Of a stretch of DNA of 64,000 nucleotides, positions 18,701-29,340 are shown one piece after another. Each line of letters opens with the position of its first letter. The stretch's first letter is position 1. Source of the stretch: Mariniphaga sp. (GTDB lineage: Bacteria > Bacteroidota > Bacteroidia > Bacteroidales > Prolixibacteraceae); the NCBI GenBank assembly GCA_037133495.1, contig JBAXOA010000009.1:1191-65190 (forward strand). Direction: 5' to 3'. Both the position numbers and the translations under genes were made by a program. The notes under the pieces were generated by a model. The model did not search any database. It was not told the DNA's origin and saw only the letters and a list, made by a program, of their open reading frames with translations.

Positions 18701-19157
18701 TGAGTACAGCGATTTTATCTATCGTTTTGAATTCCAGCTAACGCCTGCCGCAAACAACGGTCTGGGCATTCGTGCCCCACTCGAAGGAGATGCAGCATAC
18801 CAAGGCATGGAGCTACAGATTCTGGACAATGAAGATCCTGTTTATGCACAATTGGCACCATATCAGTACCACGGCTCAGTTTATGGTATCATTCCCGCCA
18901 AACGGGGTTATCTTAAACCTTTGGGACAGTGGAACTATCAGGAAGTAATTGCCAAAGGTTCTCATATCAAAGTAACCTTGAACGGAACTGTAATTCTTGA
19001 CGGTGACCTGAAAGAAGCTCTTAAAAATGGCAACGGTCCTTTAGACCATAAAGAACATCCTGGTGTATTGCGCCAGAAAGGTCATATCGGATTTCTTGGC
19101 CATGGCTCTGTTGTAAAGTTCAGAAATATCAGATTAAAAGATATCAGTAAAAAATAG
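15759..19157 (+). CDS. Secreted 1132-aa protein: HEAT/ARM-like repeat region followed by two DUF1080 (3-keto-disaccharide hydrolase-like) domains
   Basis: Signal peptide, then about 700 aa of Ala/Leu/Lys-rich helical repeats. Two segments begin MFNGKDLTGWQ and LFNGLNFEGWTG and end …LQAHG…FRNIYV / …GFLGHGSVVKFRNIRL, which are DUF1080 hallmarks. Confidence 0.85.
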   Translation: MNKIFNLLFIALVLLLIAPTLPAQENRTLTTKIADLLAQMPANNLQQRDKLAEELISMGDDGFQKIAEKMVPSGKGDNTAVVFAINGLTRYVSQPGKEEKRAFAENCYIHALANAPGAEIKSFFMRQLKLAGKDKAATAVAPYLKDSELCEPATFVLISVKSEAAQNELLKALPSADSKALVTITRALGQLRVKAANGAILKNLNSKDQNLKKVSLAAVAAIGAAESYQPLFDEAQKAGFVYEPSNATSAFVSYSQQLGENGDLALCAKACDQIIAICKSPAQLHNQSSALAIYNRFFEKEAQPKLEKAFDNSDKAFRFSVLNLVEKSQTASVKQWVAKAKKAQPEEKAEIITMLGKKGDLSAADFIQKQFENKSSAVSEAAICAYAKLKEKAAIPELTSLLKKGIQPATTAKCLMSLVDEKDLDPIASILESAPESIKNEIIAIIGAKAGRRYFDQVYSYTGSANPAVRSAAFSAMKNIGAPKDIDKLLKLLFAADDDVKIKNIQDALVNAAATIKGESEQVAPLLAQLGKAPKKGRILEVLPRLGGKEALKAVTGFINSSDQAEKEAAFNALITWKDHTAAPYLYEISKTVTGDKKSSAIKGFVRQIKGSSLPDDQKLLQYRKILGNTTDKKDKVLIIESIGQVKTFLALVTTVSFLDDADLKADAAQSIMGIVLPSQGQKGLSGIVVRDALNKAIENLSGSESDYDKARIRKYLDEMSYEDGLIPMFNGKDLTGWQALVGNPVIRQKMDPKELAKKQTEANLKLANNWVAKDGCIVFNGAGDNLCSVKQYGDFEMVVDWRITKKGDSGIYLRGSPQIQIWDTSRVEVGAQVGSGGLYNNQKNQKNPLKVADNPVGEWNTFRVKMIGEFVTVYLNGVLVVDNVKLENYWDRSIPIFPKESIELQAHGTDLAFRNIYVQELNNNAYTVPADEAKEGFKPLFNGLNFEGWTGNLIDYHAENGEIVLHLDNGPSHGNIFTADEYSDFIYRFEFQLTPAANNGLGIRAPLEGDAAYQGMELQILDNEDPVYAQLAPYQYHGSVYGIIPAKRGYLKPLGQWNYQEVIAKGSHIKVTLNGTVILDGDLKEALKNGNGPLDHKEHPGVLRQKGHIGFLGHGSVVKFRNIRLKDISKK

Positions 19158-19215
19158 TTTTGTATATTTGTGATGCCTTGTCTGACAACAAATTAACAAT
19201 AAGGCACTTATCATC

Positions 19216-19258
19216 TAAGCCACTATTTTCAGTTCACGCTACTGAAAGAGTGGCTTAG
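19216..19258 (+). terminator. Hairpin, probable terminator after the HEAT/DUF1080 gene
   Basis: taagccactattttcagt / actgaaagagtggctta form a roughly 17-bp stem with one bulge. The trailing T-tract is weak (gtttgatt). Confidence 0.5.
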
Positions 19259-19304
19259 TTTGATTGAATAAATAATGATTTTAAACTCACAATAAATTAG
19301 AAAG

Positions 19305-20414
19305 ATGAGTAATAGCAACATTTCCGGGCAGGATCAGGGCAGAATGCTCTCTATCGACTTTTTCAGAGGATTTACCATGTTTATGCTGATCGGTGAGTTT
19401 TCAGGCTTTTTCGGCTCACTGACTCAGCCTTCGATGGAAGGCACATTCATTGGTGCAATCGGAAATCAACTGGATCACGCCGAATGGATTGGACTTCATT
19501 TTTGGGATCTGATTCAGCCGTTTTTTATGTTTATTGTAGGGGTTGCAATGCCATTTTCGATGACCAAAAGATGGAATCGGGGAGATAGCTGGAGCACTAC
19601 GCTTCGTCATGCAGCGATACGTTCATTTTTACTGCTATTTCTGGGATGGGCACTTTATTGTATTGGTCCGGGAAAGATCACTTTTCGTTTCACAAATGTT
19701 CTGGCGCAACTTTCAGTAACGTATTTTATTGCCTTTCTGATCATGCGAAAAGCTGTTAAATGGCAGTTGCTGGTTTCCTTTCTGGTAATACTTATTTCTG
19801 ATTTGCTTTACAGGTTTTGGAATATCGAAGGTTTTAATCAACCGTTTACTCCTGATCATAATTTTGGATCCTGGTTCGATTTAGCGCTGACCGGCATGCC
19901 CGGAGGTGGTCATTGGGTTGCATTCAATGCCCTTTCAACAACAGCTCACACGATCTGGGGAGTTATTGCGGGGATGATCCTGATGAACGACTGGACACCA
20001 CGTAAAAAAATCCAGACAATGGTAATTTCAGGAGTGATTGGATTGGCAATTGGCTATTCATTAAGTCTTTTTATCCCGATTATCAAACATATTTGTACCA
20101 GTTCTTTTGTTATTGTCAGCGGTGGGTGGTCAATTATTGCTCTGGCACTCTCCTACTGGCTTATTGATGTGCTTAACTTTAAAAAATTCACCTTGTTCTT
20201 TGCAATTGTTGGGATGAACCCTTTGTTTATCTATCTTTTTGCCCACACAAACGGGACAAATTGGCTCCGGTCAATCGCCAAGCCTTTTATTGGATTACTT
20301 TTCGGAGGATTTGGCGAATCAACCGTTCAAACGATGCTGTCGCTAACCGTATGGGCTGGATTATGGGGAATCTGTTACTTCCTGTATAAGCGTAAAGTAT
20401 TCATTAAGTTGTAG
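19305..20414 (+). CDS. DUF5009 / HGSNAT-like integral membrane acyltransferase family protein
   Basis: RMLSIDFFRGFTMFMLI N-terminal motif plus about 10 predicted TM helices. 369 aa. Confidence 0.78.
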   Translation: MSNSNISGQDQGRMLSIDFFRGFTMFMLIGEFSGFFGSLTQPSMEGTFIGAIGNQLDHAEWIGLHFWDLIQPFFMFIVGVAMPFSMTKRWNRGDSWSTTLRHAAIRSFLLLFLGWALYCIGPGKITFRFTNVLAQLSVTYFIAFLIMRKAVKWQLLVSFLVILISDLLYRFWNIEGFNQPFTPDHNFGSWFDLALTGMPGGGHWVAFNALSTTAHTIWGVIAGMILMNDWTPRKKIQTMVISGVIGLAIGYSLSLFIPIIKHICTSSFVIVSGGWSIIALALSYWLIDVLNFKKFTLFFAIVGMNPLFIYLFAHTNGTNWLRSIAKPFIGLLFGGFGESTVQTMLSLTVWAGLWGICYFLYKRKVFIKL

Positions 20415-20429
20415 CAAATAAGTTATAAG

Positions 20430-21329
20430 GTGAAACAAAAGATTAAGAAAATTGGCATAAACTTTTTAAAATTATGCTTTTCCGTTACTGCAATTTGGTG
20501 GGTAATGTCCAAAATATCGTTTAAAGAAGTTTTGAGCGTCTTTTCAGCAGCCAATGGTTATTACCTTTTATCTGCATTTTTATTTCTAATACTTTCGTTT
20601 ATCTTCTCTGCTTTCCGGCAGAATCTCTCTTTTCGGAATACAGGGGCAAATCTATCGCAAAGATTGAATATCAAGCTATTCTGGCTTGGAATGTTCTATA
20701 ATTTGTTTTTGCCCGGAGGAATTGGCGGAGATGGCTATAAAGTCTATCTGGTAAACAAATACCGAAAAAACGGACTCAGGAAAAATATCGGAACGATGCT
20801 CGTCAACCGCATTTCGGGACTTGTCGCCGTTGGAATGATTACTGTTGTGCTTTATTATCTTTCAGGCCTGCATCTCCAGTATGGGAACGCGGCATGGATT
20901 GGCATACCGCTGGTTTATGTTCTTTATTATTTTGTACTTAAATATTTTTTCAAAAGTTTTTTGAAAATTCATGCAGGATTATTCTGGTGGTCATTAGGGT
21001 TGCAGATGATGCAATTTATTTCAGCTCTACTGATCCTCTGCGCCTTTCATCAAAGCGCCGATCTGTTCGACTACCTTTTTCTCTTTTTTGTTTCATCTAT
21101 TGCAACTGCACTCCCGATTACCATCGGTGGAATTGGGGCACGTGAAATGGTTTTTCTCATTGGTGCCAAAACGCTGGAACTCAATAATGAATTGTGCATT
21201 GCACTGAGCATCATGTTTTTTCTAATTTCCGCGATCATTTCTCTGGGTGGCTTGTACTGGGTATTCTTCCCTCCTTTCAGGCGCGAACAAGTACCTGATC
21301 AATCTCCAACGGATGATAATCAACTTTAA
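20430..21329 (+). CDS. Flippase-like (lysyl-phosphatidylglycerol synthase TM-region, UPF0104) membrane protein
   Basis: GTG start. Polytopic, with LPGGIGGDGYKVY and ITIGGIGAREM motifs typical of the family. Confidence 0.78.
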   Translation: MKQKIKKIGINFLKLCFSVTAIWWVMSKISFKEVLSVFSAANGYYLLSAFLFLILSFIFSAFRQNLSFRNTGANLSQRLNIKLFWLGMFYNLFLPGGIGGDGYKVYLVNKYRKNGLRKNIGTMLVNRISGLVAVGMITVVLYYLSGLHLQYGNAAWIGIPLVYVLYYFVLKYFFKSFLKIHAGLFWWSLGLQMMQFISALLILCAFHQSADLFDYLFLFFVSSIATALPITIGGIGAREMVFLIGAKTLELNNELCIALSIMFFLISAIISLGGLYWVFFPPFRREQVPDQSPTDDNQL

Positions 21330-21331
21330 CG

Positions 21332-22699
21332 ATGTTAAAGTATTTTATTATCATTCTCTATGTCTTTTCGATGATACTCATAGGGATTTTTTCTTCCGGA
21401 AAAATCAGGACAGAGGGTGATTATTATGTTGCCGGTAAACGCGGAAACATATGGCAGATTACAGGGTCGCTTCTGGCAACGATTTTAGGGAGTTCTGCAA
21501 TACTGGGTACAGCCGATCTTGCACTTACCCAAGGCTGGGCTGCTTCGTGGCTCCTCTTAAGCGCTGCAGCAGGACTTTTACTGCTTGTCCCTGTTTCAAA
21601 GCTGGTACGGCGTCAGGGAAAATATACGCTTCCACAGATGATAGGCGATTTCTATGGGAAGGAAGCTAAAATGATCTCATCTTTTATCATCTCATTTGCC
21701 TGGATCGGAATTATCGCCGCCCAAATTATCGGAGCAGCCAAAATTATGACAGGCTTTACAGGACTAGACTATTCATTAGCTGTTTGGGGCTCCGGGGCGG
21801 TTTTTATTTTTTATACTGTGATTGGCGGACAAATCTCAGTATTAAAAACAGATCTTTATCAATCATTCATCATCATCGGAGGAATCCTGGTAACAGCACT
21901 CTTTATCTTATTTTCCGAACCTGTCTCCCCGATGAAGATGACCGTGCTTAATTTTCCATTTAATGAAGGATTTCACGCTTTCGATCTGATTATCCTATTA
22001 TTGACCTATTCCACCACTTTCGTTGTAGGTCCGGATATTTATTCGCGAATATTTTGTGCTGAGAATGAACAGATTGCTCAAAAAAGTGTCCTGTTAAGTG
22101 CAATTATTTTAATTCCATTCTCATTGTGCATAACCTTTCTTGGCGTTTTTGCAGCCTACAAATTTCCTGAAATTCATCAGCAAAAAGGTTCGGCACTAAT
22201 TCCGGTAATGCTTAATACTTTGCCCGAATGGGGCGTTGGATTGCTGATTGCAGCGTTACTTTCGGCCGTAATGTCTTCCGGCTCAACTGCCTTACTCACT
22301 TCAGCAACAATTATCAGCGATCCGGTTTCAAAAGGGTTCAGCCAGAAGCATTCGTTACGAAACACAAAAGTAATCATGCTGATTATAGGACTTTTAAGTA
22401 TTTTTCTTTCCCTGACAGTACATTCGATCATTCAATCGCTGCTTATTGCCCTGACGATTTTCTCAGGCGCATTTATTGTACCCACACTAGCAGGACTTTT
22501 GGGCTACAGGGCAAGTAGAATCAGAAGCAGCTTAGCTATGATTACCGGAGGTGTAATTGCATTAGCAGGGAAAATTATCACTTTATATGGTCAAAACAAA
22601 ACCGGCAATCTGATCATTATCACAGGATTTGTATTAAATGCCTTGATCCTTTTTCTTCGTAACAGGAAGTATAACGCAACCGAACGAAAAAAAATTTAA
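21332..22699 (+). CDS. Sodium:solute symporter (SSS) family transporter
   Basis: Polytopic 455-aa protein with GDYYVAGKR near the N-terminus and an SSS-like helix pattern. Lies 2 nt after the upstream gene. Confidence 0.85.
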   Translation: MLKYFIIILYVFSMILIGIFSSGKIRTEGDYYVAGKRGNIWQITGSLLATILGSSAILGTADLALTQGWAASWLLLSAAAGLLLLVPVSKLVRRQGKYTLPQMIGDFYGKEAKMISSFIISFAWIGIIAAQIIGAAKIMTGFTGLDYSLAVWGSGAVFIFYTVIGGQISVLKTDLYQSFIIIGGILVTALFILFSEPVSPMKMTVLNFPFNEGFHAFDLIILLLTYSTTFVVGPDIYSRIFCAENEQIAQKSVLLSAIILIPFSLCITFLGVFAAYKFPEIHQQKGSALIPVMLNTLPEWGVGLLIAALLSAVMSSGSTALLTSATIISDPVSKGFSQKHSLRNTKVIMLIIGLLSIFLSLTVHSIIQSLLIALTIFSGAFIVPTLAGLLGYRASRIRSSLAMITGGVIALAGKIITLYGQNKTGNLIIITGFVLNALILFLRNRKYNATERKKI

Positions 22700-22742
22700 T
22701 TTTCGTATTTTTGATGTCCGGAATACATAAATCAACAAAAAG

Positions 22743-24374
22743 ATGAATTTTCGCAAAACGCTGATAACCATAGGAATAATTTCGCTGCTGTTTGCCTGTA
22801 AGGAACCTGTACCCAGGCCAGTAGTACGAATTATTCCATTGCCCGCTGAAGTTATTGATCAGGATGGTATTTTTACTTTAACTACTGCAACAAAGATCGA
22901 AATTGGAGCCGAAAACGAGCAATTGAGATCAATTGCGGGGTTCTTGAATAGTCACACCGAAAAATACTACGGAATAACGAATCCGATCATCGCATCAGAT
23001 GCTCCCGGAAAAGGATCAATATTTCTTAAACTTAATGAAAATCTCAAAATTGGAAAGGAAGATTATCATTTGTCGGTTGGACAGAACGGGGTTGTGGTTG
23101 AAGCAGCTTCCCCGGGCGGTATTTTCTATGGAATCCAGACTTTAATTCAGTTGATGCCTTCAACACCCAAACAACTTGCAGAGATTATCTTGCCGGCTGT
23201 TGAGATAAAAGATACACCCCGTTTTTCGTGGAGAGGACTTCAGCTGGATGTGAGCCGGCACTTTATGCCAAAAGAATTCATCCTTAAGTACCTCGATTAT
23301 ATGGCAATGCATAAATTCAATGCATTTCTCTGGCATTTAAGTGACGACCAGGGGTGGCGGATTGAAATAAAAAAATATCCCAAGCTGACTGAAATTGGAG
23401 CTTTACGCAAGAAGACAATAATAGGGCATGTCAACAATCCTGCCGGAATGGACACCATTTCTCAGGGTGGATTTTATTCTCAGAATGATGTTCGCGAGAT
23501 TGTTGCATATGCCTCAAAACGATTCATAACCATAGTTCCAGGGATCGAAATGCCAGGGCATGCTCTCGCGGCATTAGCCTCTTACCCTGAGTTAGGTTGT
23601 ACTGGAGTACCCTACGAGGTAGCCACCAGATGGGGTATTTTCAGCGACGTTTATTGCCCTGGTAAAGAAGGGACATTTTTATTCATGAGAAATGTACTGA
23701 CTGAAATGGCTGCACTTTTCCCGGGTAAAAATTTCCAAATAGGCGGAGCTGAATTTCCTGAATTGCAATGGGAAAAATGTTCAATGTGCCAGTTAAGGAT
23801 GAAAACAGACAGTTTAAATTCGACTACTGACCTGTATAACTATTTTGTGAACAGAATCAGCAGTACACTTGATTCGCTTGGCAAAGACCGGATGGGATGG
23901 GATGAAATATTAAAAGACTCGCTGATTACAAAAGGGATTGTAGTGTCATGGCATGGCGATGCGAGCGCTATTTCTGATGTGAAAAGAAAAATCCGGACGA
24001 TAATATCACCGGCAAAATATTACAATTTCGACCAGTATCAGGCGGATCCGAAGGGCGAACCTTTAGCCGTAGGGGGACTTTTAACTCTTGAGCAGGTATA
24101 TAATTATGAGCCTGTTCCTAAAGATCTTTCCCGCCAGGAAGCTAAATATATTATTGGAGTGCAGGCAAACATTTGGACGCCATATATGAAAACACCTGAA
24201 TTCGTGGAGTATATGACTTTCCCTCGTGCTGCAGCCTTGGCCGAGGTGGCCTGGTCTCCTAAAGCAAGCCGCAACTATACCTGGTTTAGAAAAAGATTGA
24301 CAGAACAGGTAAAACGATATGAAGCTGAAGGCGTCAGGTACTGTAAAAGTGAATTCAAAACGGTTACAAATTAA
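22743..24374 (+). CDS. GH20 family beta-N-acetylhexosaminidase (catalytic motif variant)
   Basis: Lipoprotein signal. DTPRFSWRGLQLDVSRHF, FLWHLSDDQGWR, EMPGH and GWDEIL motifs. The expected H-x-GGDE reads FQIGGAEF. Confidence 0.9.
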   Translation: MNFRKTLITIGIISLLFACKEPVPRPVVRIIPLPAEVIDQDGIFTLTTATKIEIGAENEQLRSIAGFLNSHTEKYYGITNPIIASDAPGKGSIFLKLNENLKIGKEDYHLSVGQNGVVVEAASPGGIFYGIQTLIQLMPSTPKQLAEIILPAVEIKDTPRFSWRGLQLDVSRHFMPKEFILKYLDYMAMHKFNAFLWHLSDDQGWRIEIKKYPKLTEIGALRKKTIIGHVNNPAGMDTISQGGFYSQNDVREIVAYASKRFITIVPGIEMPGHALAALASYPELGCTGVPYEVATRWGIFSDVYCPGKEGTFLFMRNVLTEMAALFPGKNFQIGGAEFPELQWEKCSMCQLRMKTDSLNSTTDLYNYFVNRISSTLDSLGKDRMGWDEILKDSLITKGIVVSWHGDASAISDVKRKIRTIISPAKYYNFDQYQADPKGEPLAVGGLLTLEQVYNYEPVPKDLSRQEAKYIIGVQANIWTPYMKTPEFVEYMTFPRAAALAEVAWSPKASRNYTWFRKRLTEQVKRYEAEGVRYCKSEFKTVTN

Positions 24375-24377
24375 AAC

Positions 24378-24403
24378 GGCAGGTCTTTGAGACCCGCCTT
24401 TTT
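24378..24403. terminator. Terminator hairpin between convergent genes
   Basis: ggcaggtc-tttga-gacccgcc (7 of 8 pairs) followed by ttttt. Sits between the stops at 24374 (+) and 24430 (-). Confidence 0.65.
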
Positions 24404-24429
24404 AATTATTGACTACTTAGTTGAGCTGA

Positions 24430-25311
24430 CTACTTCGCAGAAACAACGAGAACTTTAGATAGACTCCAAAAAGCTTTCGCATCCAGAATCACTAATTTGT
24501 CTGCTGAATTATTGCCGTCAATTCTATAAGAGCTTTTAGGATGAGAAGTTATGATGTTAACTTTCTTTTTCATGATCGTAATCTCATTTACTTTTGTGAT
24601 ATCCACTTTGGTGAAATCACTCATATTCAGATCAGCCATAATATTTTTTGTGCGGCCAATTCCGATAAAGCCACCTTCACCCGTAATAATTTTCTTGTCT
24701 TTCAGTTCACGGTTGGTTCCAATCACATAATAGGCAGTGTTTAAGGCTTCTGTCTTGGCATCAATATCTGCCTGTTTCTTTTGGTTATCAGCGCTTAATT
24801 TATCCACATTTGTATTCAGATCTGAAACTTTAACATTGAGATCTTTAACCTGAATATTCAACTTACCCAATTCATCAGTTAACTGGGCAATTTGTGCATC
24901 CTTCTCTTCAATCGATTTATTGAGATTATCGATCATTTTTTGAAGTTGAGCAGCGTGCTTGTTTGATTTATTAAGCTTAGCCGTAAGTTCAGCAACAAGT
25001 TTTCTGTTTTTTTGAAGCAAATTATAAATATAGCTGATATCACTTTTAATTTGCTCCTTACGTGAACCTTTTACCTCGCCTGCTTTCGCACTCTTATCAA
25101 TGACGCGCTCAATTTGTTTGATTGAATCCAAATTAGCCTCAACCTCGTTGAAAGTAGTTACAAACTCAGAAATATTGGAGTCTTTATCAGTTCCAACAGC
25201 TCTAAGGCTATCATTTTGTGCCTGTAAGCGGGCAATTTCAGCTTTTCTTTGATTACAACCGGTAGCAAAAAGGAGTACCGGAATTAATAAAACATAAATA
25301 AACTTTTTCAT
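24430..25311 (-). CDS. Coiled-coil lipoprotein of unknown function
   Basis: Lipobox LLFATGCN, then about 170 aa of heptad-like Q/K/L/N-rich sequence and a globular C-terminal domain. Confidence 0.65.
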   Translation of the reverse strand: MKKFIYVLLIPVLLFATGCNQRKAEIARLQAQNDSLRAVGTDKDSNISEFVTTFNEVEANLDSIKQIERVIDKSAKAGEVKGSRKEQIKSDISYIYNLLQKNRKLVAELTAKLNKSNKHAAQLQKMIDNLNKSIEEKDAQIAQLTDELGKLNIQVKDLNVKVSDLNTNVDKLSADNQKKQADIDAKTEALNTAYYVIGTNRELKDKKIITGEGGFIGIGRTKNIMADLNMSDFTKVDITKVNEITIMKKKVNIITSHPKSSYRIDGNNSADKLVILDAKAFWSLSKVLVVSAK

Positions 25312-25386
25312 GATACTAAGAATTAGAATTTAAATTAAAACTAAAGTTAAGGTAAAAATTAAAACTTTTTGAGAATTTAGCAATTA

Positions 25387-27069
<1,683 letters not shown>

Positions 27070-27130
27070 TTAAACCTCATATTCTGAATGTCAGGTTAGT
27101 AGAATGTTAACTAAAATATAATCTGAAAAA

Positions 27131-27925
27131 TCAAACCAACGCAAAACTATCAGCGTCGTTGGCAACAGGGAATTTTTCTCTGAATTCTGTAAGTGATTGC
27201 TTTGAAATTTCAAAGCAATACAGTCCGCCTGGGGTAACTTCAGTCTGTTGCAGCACCTCTCCTTTTGGATTAACAATCTGGCTGTCACCACTATATACAA
27301 TACCACTTTCGTCAGTTCCAATTCTGTTAACCCCCGCGACATAAACCTGATTTTCAATAGCCCGCGCTTTTAAAAGTGTATTCCAAACTTCGCTTCGGGA
27401 TGCAGGCCAGTTTGCTGTAACAATCATCAAATCAGTATCATTTCTGTTTCTGCACCAAACCGGAAAACGAATATCATAACACACATAAAGTGCGATATTC
27501 CAGCCAAGATAATTAACAATCAGACGCTTGGCTCCTGACGAAAGTCCATTTGATTCACCTCCGATTGAAAAAATATGGCGTTTGTCGTAAAAAGAAGTCT
27601 CACCTTGGGGAGTTACAAAAACGAATCGATTGTAGTACAAGCCATTATCACTAATCACCAAACTACCGGCTATCGCCAATCGGGTTGATTTCGATAGATT
27701 TAGAAGCCAGTCAATTGTTGGCCCGTTCATCGGTTCAGCAAAATCGCATGCCTGCTCAGAAAATCCGGATGTGAATGTTTCCGGAAGAATTACAAGATCA
27801 CTTTTTCCTGCCAGATGCCTGATTTGTACCCCAAGATCGAAACGATTTTGTTCCGGATTTTCCCAGGTCAGATCAACTTGTGCAAGTGTAACACGCAAAA
27901 CATCTTTTATAGCCATCAGAGCCAA
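27131..27925 (-). CDS. yafV: Carbon-nitrogen hydrolase family omega-amidase (YafV-like)
   Basis: Collinear with E. coli YafV: LPETFTSGF, YDKRH.F, CYD.RFPVW.RN, ANWPA.R, ARAIENQ.YVAG.NR.G, REKFP…DAD.F. Confidence 0.86.
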   Translation of the reverse strand: MALMAIKDVLRVTLAQVDLTWENPEQNRFDLGVQIRHLAGKSDLVILPETFTSGFSEQACDFAEPMNGPTIDWLLNLSKSTRLAIAGSLVISDNGLYYNRFVFVTPQGETSFYDKRHIFSIGGESNGLSSGAKRLIVNYLGWNIALYVCYDIRFPVWCRNRNDTDLMIVTANWPASRSEVWNTLLKARAIENQVYVAGVNRIGTDESGIVYSGDSQIVNPKGEVLQQTEVTPGGLYCFEISKQSLTEFREKFPVANDADSFALV

Positions 27926-27988
27926 TTAAGTAATTGTCAATTAATAAAGTTCTCCGTCAGATGACGGATCAATGATCTTTATTATTAA

Positions 27989-28549
27989 TTAATCAAGACC
28001 TTCACCCATTATAAATTTTTCAGGGTGTTTTCCCGTAACTCCCTTGTCCTTATACCATTGTTTGATCCGGAGAATATCACCATTCACATCATCTGTAAGC
28101 TCGATACTTCCAGCTATTCCTATCTCTTTCCTGCCCCAGTCAAATACAGCAAAATATACCGGAACATTTGCGGCTCTGGCAATCAGATGAAAACCAGCTT
28201 TCCATTTTGCAGTAGGTTTACGTGTCCCTTCCGGCGCAATGGCTAAATGAAGCAGTTCGCGTTTTTTAAATTCAGCAAGTATTTGCTTAACCAAACTTCC
28301 TCCTTTAGATGTATCTACCGGTATGGCTCCCATATAATTAAGCAGATAACAGGCGGGCCAAAAGAAAAATTTCTTATTCACCACTATATTTGATTTTCCT
28401 CCAATTGAATTATAAAATAACCAGGAAAATACAAAATCCCACAACGAAGTATGTGGAACACCTAAAACAACACATTTTGGAACCGGAGCAACACCGCTGA
28501 TAACCTTCCATCCTGCGATCCACAATATAAATTTAGAAATATATTTCAT
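27989..28549 (-). CDS. 1-acyl-sn-glycerol-3-phosphate acyltransferase family protein
   Basis: H-x4-D motif HTSLWD, PEGTR motif (IAPEGTRK), and an N-terminal membrane anchor. Confidence 0.84.
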   Translation of the reverse strand: MKYISKFILWIAGWKVISGVAPVPKCVVLGVPHTSLWDFVFSWLFYNSIGGKSNIVVNKKFFFWPACYLLNYMGAIPVDTSKGGSLVKQILAEFKKRELLHLAIAPEGTRKPTAKWKAGFHLIARAANVPVYFAVFDWGRKEIGIAGSIELTDDVNGDILRIKQWYKDKGVTGKHPEKFIMGEGLD

Positions 28550-28602
28550 TTCATTGTCGTTAAAAACCGTTAAAATAATTCTTCCGCAAGAATATGGATG
28601 GT

Positions 28603-29265
28603 TTATCCTACAAAGATAGTTTCAAAATTATCAGCATCAGCATATTTTTTTAGTAAAACGATCGATTGTTCAACGGTCTGCCTCGTATCTGCCTCTCCTG
28701 AAAAGCCAACAACAATCATTAAAAATCTTTTGGTGCTGCAAGTGACAGAAGTCCGCAATGAATCACTGGTCGGCGATCCAAATGCAGAGATTATGTCGCG
28801 AAAAACAGGCAGAAATTCAATATTCATTTCACCCCTTCCTATCGCTTCGTAAGCTTCGTCTTTTCGTCCAATATCAAAAAATACATTACCCGAAATCTTT
28901 TCTGCATCGTATCCTCCAATTGACATTCCCGATTCCAAAGAGATCAGATTAACCAGATCGACAACATTATTGATATGATACAGCGGATATCCTTTTACGG
29001 CCCGACGTATTAAAGCCTCGGAAGAGAGACGATAACGGGCCGGATCCTTACCGCAAAGCCTGTAGGCCATCCTCGATGCTTTAATTGCCGGATGGGTTCC
29101 AATTACAGCAAACTCATACGATTCCTTGAAAGCTGAACAGACCGTTTCAATCTGACTCCACAGTTCTATTATCTCTTCTGCAATTACCACATTGCATTCA
29201 ATGCATCCAAGAACAAGCTCCGGTAATACACTCTTAACAGCCTGACTAATAATTATATTCTGCAT
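28603..29265 (-). CDS. B3/B4 domain-containing protein (PheT-beta B3/4-like)
   Basis: About 220 aa with …HPAIKASRMAYR…GKDP.RYR.S.EAL.RR…NNVVDLVN.ISL…GGYD…, typical of stand-alone B3_4 proteins. Confidence 0.75.
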   Translation of the reverse strand: MQNIIISQAVKSVLPELVLGCIECNVVIAEEIIELWSQIETVCSAFKESYEFAVIGTHPAIKASRMAYRLCGKDPARYRLSSEALIRRAVKGYPLYHINNVVDLVNLISLESGMSIGGYDAEKISGNVFFDIGRKDEAYEAIGRGEMNIEFLPVFRDIISAFGSPTSDSLRTSVTCSTKRFLMIVVGFSGEADTRQTVEQSIVLLKKYADADNFETIFVG

Positions 29266-29340
29266 TTAAACCGAAGTAAAGTTTTGCATCTGTTTCATTT
29301 CTAAAATTATAATTACTTTTGGTAAGAATCAGAACTAAAA

